This document shows, one piece after another, positions 54,071 through 64,000 of a DNA stretch of 64,000 nucleotides. The stretch's first letter is position 1; each line of letters begins with the position of its first letter. The notes under the pieces are model-generated. The model saw nothing but the letters and a program-made list of their open reading frames with translations, ran no database searches and had not been told where the DNA came from. Made by a program: the position numbers and the translations under genes. The DNA is taken from positions 1,798,001 to 1,862,000 of the forward strand of contig CM082577.2 in NCBI GenBank assembly GCA_040954595.2, read 5' to 3'. This DNA comes from Balanoglossus misakiensis. Its lineage: Eukaryota; Animalia; Hemichordata.

Positions 54071-57000
54071 TAAGATCCTCCTGAGGTCATGAAAGGGCAA
54101 GGTTATTGGACGTGCCTGAAATGCGAGCAAGGAGACTCATCAGGAGAAAACTTAGCAAAATGGCGATTAGGGTGACGACGAGCTAGACTCTCTTCAGCAG
54201 CCCCTAATGGCTTCACAAATGCCTTTAATCCGTCAATCCCAGCTCAGCCCATGTTTTGTAGCCGACGAGCGACATATATTTTCGCTCACCATCCAAAATG
54301 GAATGACCGCATCAGTGACATGATTATACCACCTGCTGATTTAAATATATTTGTACGTGTTATACCAATCTTCTTAGTATTACGTCTTCTTTTCTTTCTT
54401 TTCTTATTTTCTTTCCTTTCTCTGGTTCAGATTGTCTGATTTACTGGTAAACTGAACATTTAGTTTGTTTCCAACTCTCCTGTTTAATATTTTGCTGGTA
54501 CTAGTCACCAGACATACTTTTTTGTGGGTGACCTTTGTCGAACTTGTTCTGTCTAACTACGATCTCAAATCTGACAGTGCTAGAACATACCGAAAAACTC
54601 GTATAACATCGTTTCTACCGTCGTATACCCCGTACTGCGTTGGCCAAATCATCTTTAATTTTCTCACGTAATTCTCTACCAACTGTGCAACAGTACATGT
54701 TTTGTGATCGGTAAAGTAATCACCGGCAGAGGAAATAATCGTCGATTCAATTTGGCTCCATGTGATTTCAAACGCAAACAAAATACTCGTTTTTCCCATC
54801 ATGTAAGCTCCGGTTTCGAATGACATGTTTATTAATCTTTACAAAGAGACATCCTCTCCCGAGCGTAAATCCTTTTGAATGACATAATTACGATTTCGAA
54901 ATAATAAAATAACCACACAAAAGTTCACGTCTTCTGCTTTATGAAGTTATATAGTGAGCGGAGATTCCCCTGTTGTCTTTGGTGTGAAATATGGCTTCGG
55001 GCAAACTGTGAGCATACCGTATAACACGCGGACCCAATGTCTGTACATTATGAAAACACAATGTGATGCGGCGGCGTCGGAAACTCGTTTTAAAATTTAA
55101 GTACAGACTATTTATTCCCCGTGGACACTATGTCTGGATTTGATAATCCGTGCGGATTCCCATCTTAAAATACATGAAACGAATCCGAAACCTGCCAATG
55201 GCGAAACCAAACTCATCCGGTCGTATGCCCTATACATGGTGTACATAAACACTGAGGCATACCTTAGAAGGTGTACCTAAGTCTTTCTGTAGATTGTATC
55301 ACCTTTTCCAGGTTCATAGTAAGTAAGCTTCAGACTTCCTTCAAAAGTTTTTTTTTCTAGAGATCGCTAGAAAATAACTCCCTTGGATTGCCCTTTAATT
55401 CAAAACACAGCTTATATGGGGCCTATTACATGTATACCTGTTTGATCGTGAAATCAAGCCCATTAGCACGATCAACAAACAAAATTTTGATCGCGTATTT
55501 TAAAATTTGCGCGCAATTTGCGATTCGGTGTGCGAATAGACACTTTACGCATTTTCTCCGTCTCGGTTGATCGCTTTGTTTTGATAAAGACAGATTTGTC
55601 AAAGCATGCGCCACATGGAACAGGGCGATGACATCAATTATGGCACCAGCAGTGGAAAATCTGCTGGCTGTGGGATTACTATAACAACGCAGGCGCACGA
55701 TTTGACCGGAATGACCTTGTGGTTTTATGTATTCCACGCTCAATTTCATCTTCTGTGCGATGTGGTCTTATATGGCCGCTATATGCAACCGCCTCTGGTT
55801 TTCCTCGCGTCCAGAACCTCTTAATTGTGTGCCCAAATGGATTTTTATTTCGATTGTCTGGCAAAATTCTGTGACTTCAAACTCTCTTGATTTTCGACCA
55901 GTTTAGAAGAATTTTTTGTAGAAGAAGTCAAAGAGGAGAGCAATATTAAACACGATTTGAAGGAAAATAAGCTTTGACATTAAAAGAACGGAACCAGCTA
56001 CTTTATTCAAGGTCGCTGAAATGACCTTGGCTTCAAGGAGAGCCAAGAATTCCCGGAAATTTGGAATTTAGGACCATTTTCATTGTTTACCACATACACC
56101 GCACTTTCATGTGGCCTGAAGTGCTCCTATCAGATAGGTCGGGAAATCTGGCTCTCAATACACAAGTGTTTCAATTAACTCAAACGAAAAAAAAACATTT
56201 AGAAACACGCAAAAGTGTTATTTATAAGACACGTCACCCCATATGACTGTGTTCAGAATTCGCATTCTCTCTAATAGCAACATGTCGATTCTTTTGTTTT
56301 GGCGAAGGTCAAATACAACAGAGCAAGTGGTGTTTTGCAAAAAAAAATCCCAATGCCAGCGCATGTGTCATCAACACACTGAAATAAGTAGAGTAGAGTA
56401 AAAGTACATGGACTCAAAAGTACACCACTCGAAATAATGATTCGGTTGTAAAGAGCTGTCGTACTCAGCTGTTGCCATGGTGAATTTATCCTCAATTCTA
56501 ATGGACTTTATGGTTGTATCACAATGAGTTTGTATTGAAATCGCATGCTATGTGTGTTTCCAGTTTCCAATATGGTGGATCGATTTCACGTAAACTAGCC
56601 TTATTCGCGTGTATTTTTTCTTGGCGTTTAGACGTCAACTGATCCTTCCCAGTGCCGCCGAGAAGGGATTCGTCTTCATCACGTCTGATCCGTTGCCCTC
56701 GCGGACAGCAAGCACAACCATTGTTCATTTAATTATGTATAAGCCTTCAATACGTGTATACAGCCCTTATAGGGATATCTCGCTAATACAATCAGCCAGC
56801 TATAGTTAGTCTAGGAAATTTGTGGTAGTTGAAAATACATAGTTTGCTTTACCAAAATTGGCATTCTGCAAAAATTGTATTTGCCTGTTTATCGTCACAT
56901 TCTTTTGGTGAAACAAAACAGTTCAAGTGAACTATCGGGCGCCATCAACGACGGAACTAAGAAAATACTACACCATTCTGGAACTAGTGATTTCTTCACA

Positions 57001-59389
57001 GTCTGTTTAGTCATAAATCATTCATTTCCGTTATCGTCTGCAACGCCTCAAACTGCGCATCGGCAGCTTTACTTGGACTAACAGAAATCCCCCATGCACA
57101 CACATTAAAACCCACCCGAAAAGAGATGAAATTTTAGTCTGCGTGCCTCTGGCGCCCATGTCCACCACTTTCAAGTTAAAAAAAAAATTCCAAAATGCCG
57201 TAACTAGGAATAGCATCACCATGGAAACAAACCACCATTTCACTCTGGTCGCTGTCACCCGGGTAAAGTAAAACAATTTTCTTTATAAAAGGTATATCAC
57301 ATGTCATTGTTCTGTGAATAAAACATACAGGCCTGAAGTACCCGATGCCATTGCGCAGCTAGCATTGGTCGTCGTGTGCCTGGCGAAGTTGAATTCCCTT
57401 GGGGACTCGTGATTAAACTTTACAATCTTCTTTCGCTACGATAAAATTCGAAATAATTTATTTCTTGTCCAGAAGTGCCATTAAACTTTGATTACATGAA
57501 TCACTCAGACCTTCAAATGTTTGAAAACGAGTAAAGATGATGTAGGAAATGGGAGCGCGAAAGAGAAATGTTCGTCTGCGTTTTATATTGTACCTTAGAC
57601 CAAGCTGATACGATTGTTCAGAAATGGTACACGTGCAACACTGCACGCGGTTAATAGTAACTGTGTGCCGCAAATTTCTCGAACGCCCTTTTCTTGTCAC
57701 CAAATTGTAAAAATCATCATGTAAAAAGTATTCGAACTCTGGAAGAGGCATATAGACCATGTCCACAGTACAGTGTCGTGGTACTTTCTCAGTTTGATCG
57801 ATGTGTGTGTATCATGTGTATGACATACACTGGAGGAAAGGCCTCTCTACCTCCAGACCACTATACAATGGTACCCATGGCAACAATGAAGACGAAAAGT
57901 ATCGTATGTCGAAACAAGTCACTCCATAAACCATTGGTCTAAAATGCTATATGTGGGAAAAGCAGCTGGCGGAGCGGACATTGTCTCGCGGTTAAAACAC
58001 GGTGTATTAGGCCTACTGTTATTTGGCTGCAGCTGTGTCTCGATCGGCCATGAACGCAAAAGCAGATGGTGCAACATTTATATATATTTATCTGTGCAGG
58101 TTAATATTCAGTGAAGATTTAGTATCACGAGTATTGCTATAATCAATTTCACATTCAGTGCGTATGGTTATAGCAGCTGCTAATGTAAATACGGTTCGGG
58201 TTTTTTTTTCTGTAACAAACGTGTTTTTCAAACACTGTACATAAACCAACCGACTCATTTGGATGTTTTCCTCATTTGATGAATCAGAATGGTTATCGTT
58301 CGCGCTATAAATTGCCATTATCAAATGAAAATTTGGGTTTGTGGATAACTTTTACACAGCCCCTCTACACAGCACGGACGCAGACCTTGCACAGAGGAAC
58401 AGCGGCGAAATTTTACCAGAGTGTATAAGTGTCGACAGAATCACAGAAGTCTGCGGCAGAATCTAGCGATACGTAGCCTACGTATACTAGTAGTACGTGC
58501 TCCTAGATCGTGCGTTGAGAAGGAAATCTACCCGCCCAGGTGACGAAAATAAACATGTTCTGGGCGGTCGACGACAAAACTCAAAACCCCGTAGGGTCAC
58601 CGGGTCTCTGCTTCAGACAGTACAATCGTATTTTGTGTTTGTTCAGTTGACAGCTTCAAGGACCTCATAACTGTTATGAAACGCGACAAAAAGGTCTTTC
58701 AGTGCCGGCGGGGCAACCGATGAGCTTATCGACGAAAACCGTTCTACTGGATCGATACTATAACGAATCTATAACGAACGGTTGGCAAACGCATGTCAAT
58801 GCCTCTGCTAAACACGAGGACAATTTACCCGTTGTAACAGTTTTAAGCCTTTCTTTTTCCCTCAAGAGGCGATAAGGAGTCGAGCCTCCACGAATGAATG
58901 GCCCACAAACACCTGTTGCATAGAGTCTTTTCACACAAGGAAACTTGTCCCAACAAGAATTGCTACGTTGGTGTGAACAGTAAGCGCCTATTAACGAATA
59001 TAATTACCCTTTCATGAAGTCCCGAAGGACCGAGATGATATGTTTTATATACACACTCTGTGCAAACGGCGTGCTTTTATTACTGGAGTTTATGATTTTA
59101 ACACCAATTATTGTAAGTCTGCTCTATTGAAAAAAAATACTTTACAATCAGAATCTTATGTGGCGGTAGGATGATATTAATTAACACACACACATAAATA
59201 AGTCGAATATTTTCTGTTATTAGTAAAATAAAAAAAATAAGTCATTTTCTGTAGAACCCCTTTTCACATAAAAAAAATACTAGTACTCTAACCACATGTA
59301 CACCAGTAACCATTCTTATTCGCGTAAACGATGCACTATCGATGTTCTTTTGTTTTGAAACGGTTGTTTACCTAATTATGCGAGAACGC

Positions 59390-59540
59390 ATTCCAGCCAA
59401 TCAGAGAACGCGTTCCACTGTAACGGACAACACATGTATGCAAGCAGTTAGTGTAGCAGTGTTCACAACGTCTCTTGGCCCGCTCGGCAGATCTTCTCCG
59501 CCTTTCTTCTTTCCGCGCTGTCGTATCTCAGGGAATCAAC
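59390..59540 (+). promoter_or_regulatory. Cyclin F proximal promoter / 5' UTR
   Basis: CCAATCAG box at ~59397 with adjacent ACGCGT, followed by a pyrimidine-rich CpG-containing leader ending at ATGAGAG|GTAAGT. Confidence 0.5.
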
Positions 59541-62500
59541 ATGAGAGGTAAGTGGGAGTGAAGTTTGTCGATCTATTCGATTTTAAATTTTTGAGAGAGT
59601 GCGAAAACGACGGAAATCTGGACTGGCATCCCGCGCCGGTTAGTTAAATGGCCGTGTACTGTGTTGTGGGTTCAACGGTCAGCTGGTTTGACCGATTCCC
59701 TCCCTTTCGTTTAACTTGAAGAATCGGCGTTTTACGATGGATCGGCGTTATATTTCGGAGCAATCCAGGTGCGAGAAAATTCCCCCAAGTTCTAAACAGC
59801 AAATCTAGGGACTAAGAGCATTCTCGGGGAAGTTTTTAACTTCGCCCGGTGAAACATTCGTTAAACTTCCGGTAAACTTCTTGTATGGTAATGAGGCAAC
59901 GTCTTAGCGTTGGCGGGCTCAGTTGAAACTGAACTCTCGAAAATGTCGATCTGAAGATACGAATGTCCCCTTACGATTTCAGATTTTGTTGTTATTAATT
60001 AAAGATGGTGTATGGCTGTGTAATATTTTGGTGGAACGTGTAAACGTGGCTGCGACGGTTTCTCGCAAGGCGTCTCTGCATCTCATTAGCGAGTCGTTTA
60101 CTGGCGGGTCATTTGAAAATTTCCAAAGACACCGCCGACGGTCGTGGGGGATTTTTTAGCCACAAAACAATTCACTAAAATTTAGCAAAACACTTGGATA
60201 TCACCGATTATTTGTGCGCTTTTCTCTGCTCGTGTTTCTTGCGGAGATTTCTTCCCCTCGACGCAGGAACGCAGACCAACTGCCAAACCCGTCCCTTCGA
60301 CGGGTCAGTTGCCAATCCGTGTCCTCAACGGATTTTGTACTTCGTGGCAGTCTTGCGTACTCTATCCCTTCCTTCAAAGAAAACAAATGTTGGGAAGGTA
60401 TTGTCAAGAAAATGAATGAAAAAATACAAATATTTATTGTGATTGCTATAATAGAACAAAGAAGAAGTCGTGTTTTCCGATCAAGACTGGCGAAAAGCAA
60501 CTGTAATATTTGGTGTTTACCTGAAGAAGTTCAGCTGTTGCTGCTCTCGGGTTTACCTGCCCGAGACCTTCTATCAATGCGCGCAGTAAGTGTCCATCTG
60601 TCACTTCAAATTTCTCATCATGGATTTTAATTTAGTTGATTGATATTTTTTACAATGCATGTTATTGAGCAGATAAGCGTGGAAAAATATTAAAATGTAA
60701 TACATTCAAATATTTTTAATTGAAAGTTTTGATGCTCTGTTCTCACAATCATGGACGATGGAGATTTTATATAGCTTCCCTTTTTCTGTTCTAAGGTACA
60801 TCCCAAGTTTAGAAATCTTATAGACAACAACCCCAGCATCTGGTCTAGTGTCCATTTTCGTGGACAGTGGCCATCACCGGGAAACAGAAGACATTTTGAA
60901 AGGTCAGTGGTCTTTTGTACATGAATGTAATCTATCTGTTTGATGGTGGATTTGTTTGTGATCCATAAAAGCCTGGGTGATTGTATCGTAATGCGAGTCA
61001 TATTTCTATTGTTTGTGTGTTCATGGTCTGTCTGTGGCATATTTCAAGGGTTGTTCTCCAACAAGCAAAGTGGTTGTGTTGCCATAATTTTCAAAGTTGC
61101 ATTTTGTGACATTGAACATGGTGAAGTTCTTGACATGTTCTGAAAAAGTAGTGTCCGTTTTACGTCATTTTGCTCATTATCAGAAATTGTGTATTTCATG
61201 CTGGCAAAAAAATAAATTTTAAAAATTTAGTATTAGAATTTTTACTCAGCTGAAAAAATTGCTTAGTCTAACTGAATACGCTAACGTTCTTTGTTATCAC
61301 TATCAGTTGATAAGTTTGATGTGAATTTTGAAATTTTGATAATGTGCCAAGTGAAATGGTTGCATTTTTTGAATCAATTCCAAGTTGTGCATTGTGTGTA
61401 AAGTAGCTTTGAGATAGCGTCCATTACAAATAACTGACCATTTCAGCCTTGCAGTAATTATATGCCTGTATGTAAAAAAGTCATGATTCTGTTTCCTTTT
61501 TATTTTATTTTGAGGATGCATGTTTAATGGCATGGGTGGAATTTTGTGATGTAGCTTCTGTTTACTGTTGGCATTGTTGAAACATGTTTTGTATTTTTGA
61601 AAATTCCACCCAGCTGTTGAAATCTCACCACCTATTGCAGTTCATTTCTATGTTGTCGTGACATGTATCCTTGATCCAGAAAAAAAATGTCTCTGCGAAT
61701 GCTCAAAATGGAATTTTTATTCAACACATTATCACCAATCACTATAAATTCCTATATGGCAGACTGGTATCCGTGACTGTTCTAGCATCCCAATAGGAAG
61801 TGAGTGCATGAATACTGTGGCATGAAATTTTTCCTTATAATCATGTACTGATTGTGTGGGTGTTTTTTCACTACAGGGCAGTAGAACACAACAATATCGA
61901 AGCAATAATAAAACTTGGTGTTGCGTACCTGTACAACGAAGGAAGTAAGTGATATGTAAATTTTTCGCAAAAGTTTTTGTCTCCGACTTGTTGAAAACTG
62001 GCAAAGATATACATACAGTATTGGCTGAGGGGACATGGGTTACGTTCTGTTTGTAATAATTTCCACCTACACAGAAGCTTGTGGTAACTTTTTTTTTCAT
62101 CTTAGTCTTAGATAAAGGTTCAGTAAGTTTCAGTGGAATTGACATTGTACAGAAAATAGTCATGTTGTGACATGGCCATTTAAGTGTGCAGATTGCAAAT
62201 GAAAATAATCAGTATACTTAGATATGATATCAATTAAGATTAAAATACTGGTTGGAAGATTATTAATTGGATTTACTAGTCAGTTAAGTTTGAATTTAGT
62301 CAGCAATTTGTCCAGACAGGCTTCACCATGAGCAGATTAAAGCATTATCTTGATAAAGTCATACACATATAGAGTGTGTTGGTCTTGTGACAAGTAGTCG
62401 GTCCTTCAGTTGAAAATTTGTTTTGTAATTACTTTACCTTGGCACATCTATGATTTATAGCATGATTTTCTCCACATTCAAAGTTAAAAAAACACTCAAA

Positions 62501-63904
62501 ATTCAAGAGCAGGTTGAAGAAGTTAGTGGCAGGCTCATAGCTTTGTTGCTAAGGTTCTTTCATGTTTATTTGCTTGGCCTGTTTACACTTAACTTGTTGG
62601 ACTTGACCTGTATATACCTGGACTTGGAGGTCACCATCTTGTTTCTGCAGAAGCCAGTGTTTCTATCCTGGCATTCTCATGGAGGTGGTTGTGATACCCT
62701 ATTCGCAAGGAAAACAAAAGGTGTGAATTGTAAACAGATGAGGCCATAGATCAAACAGGTGGTGAAGCCATTTCTAGCCTGTATCCCCTGGGTAGATTGC
62801 AACTGTTTGTTATTGTGTGACCATTTGGAGACAATCAACAACTGTTTACACCTGGGTTGGACACTACAGGAAGTTGGCCAGTTGGTGGTCTATGAGTAGG
62901 CGTGGTTAATCAACCATCTGTGTTCATGAAGATTCGCTTCTGATACTTATTTTGAGAAATATTACAGTAGATACCATGTTTAATTTTCTTTTTCTGATTT
63001 CAGTTTCAGAAGATGGCAAGGCGGCCAACAACAGCAGCCAGACGTCCAAGTATTTCTGCAAAGCGGAATCTCTCAGCTCAGCGCCGTTCACGTGGCTGTT
63101 TATCCGTCCCCCGTGGTCGCCCAGTGGAACATGTTGCAAGGCCATGGTCTTCAACAACATGAAGAACCACTGCAAAGCACAGGTGTGTGTGCTGGTGTGA
63201 ATTCAAGATCTTGTCCTATATAACAATGATACAGCTATGCTATTCCTTGAGTTGTTTGTGCCCAAATATATATTTGTGAAATGTTGTCAACATGAAGAAC
63301 AGTAATCAAAGAATACACCAATATGTGTTAATTTATTTACCATTTTGTCCTCATTTCAGGCCTCAAGTTCATCAACAATGTATTGTATAGCAAAAATTCT
63401 AAGTTTGTTTGATGTAAGTAATTCTTTAACTTTCTGCTATTTTAACTTTTGAATTTATTGCAATTAATTTTGGGAACCTATAGTGGAGAAAATCTTGTAT
63501 GCTGCTTAATGCACAGCTGTAGTCTTTTTCATAATCACATGATAAATTTCTCTGCTGGCAGGATGAAACAAAGCAAAAAGAAGCCTTGGAATGGTATCAG
63601 GAAGCAACCAATCAGGGATCGCCACATGCTGCATTAGTCACATGGAGAAATGCACAAAATCAAAATGTAAGTGCAGACGACTGTCACTGAAACTTTTTCC
63701 CGCCAAAAATCCTTTGCTCAAAGATTTGACCTTTTCTGTAATTAAACATATTTTGTGCCAGGCAAACATCAATAGTTACAAATTTCTAACTGATAAATTC
63801 ATTCTTCGGTGTCTTTTTTTCTTCAGATATTGGATCCAGGCTGCAGTCTTAATAGCATCAGACAACTCAGGGAATGTGCAAATAATAGCTGTATTGACGT
63901 CAAG
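59541..63904 (+). CDS. CCNF: Cyclin F (FBXO1), first eight coding exons; the gene continues past the right edge
   Basis: Exons 59541-59547 (MR, phase 1), 60455-60585 (F-box IWCLPEEVQLLLLSGL...LLSMRA), 60796-60902 (VHPKF..LIDN.PSIW...WPS.GN...FER), 61877-61944 (N.EA.IKLGVAYLYNEG), 63004-63182 (APFTWLFIRPPWS.SGTCCKA.VF), 63360-63413, 63562-63666, 63827-63904. These motifs are diagnostic for cyclin F. Exon 1 is the least certain. Confidence 0.93.
60102..60117 (+). promoter_or_regulatory. CDE/CHR (E2F-CHR) tandem element
   Basis: TGGCGG-GTCA-TTTGAA: a GC-rich CDE/E2F site, 4-nt spacer and canonical CHR TTTGAA. Confidence 0.6.
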
Positions 63905-64000
63905 GTAGGCCAATAAACTTAATTATCACGTAAAGGAAAAAATGTGCTTTGGTAAAAGAGCTGATCATTATCTTTCTGCCTCAGACATTCTCATCAAAGA

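Noticed and set aside
60214-60454. In-frame upstream extension of the cyclin F F-box exon
   Set aside because: It begins at a non-ATG codon and has no phase-compatible acceptor; the MR micro-exon at 59541 gives a more plausible start.

Overview
Eukaryotic, intron-rich genomic DNA that looks like a marine invertebrate deuterostome (hemichordate, echinoderm or amphioxus-like); the species cannot be fixed from sequence alone. Gene order: first coding exon of a FAM20-family secretory kinase (-, runs off the left edge); a complete 35-exon TBCD (-, 9214-38831); PIGQ head-to-head with it (+, 8 exons, 39173-42741); an intronless piggyBac-derived ORF with a broken DDD triad (+, 43761-45971); a 2-exon WxxW/mucin-like type I membrane protein (+, 52381-53707); and the 5' eight exons of cyclin F (+, from 59541 off the right edge). 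Several MITEs are present, including ~60-90 bp TTAA-flanked piggyBac-type elements in PIGQ introns. The most interesting signal is the apparently domesticated piggyBac protein. It has lost a catalytic Asp, keeps its Cys-rich domain, carries SUMO/SIM-like and C-terminal LC8-type TQT motifs, and may be expressed through PIGQ transcription. Other notable signals: sharply expanded, enhancer-like 3' introns in TBCD, a candidate poison exon in TBCD, and two E2F/CDE-CHR tandem elements in cyclin F intron 1. All gene models were read by eye and are unverified by alignment.
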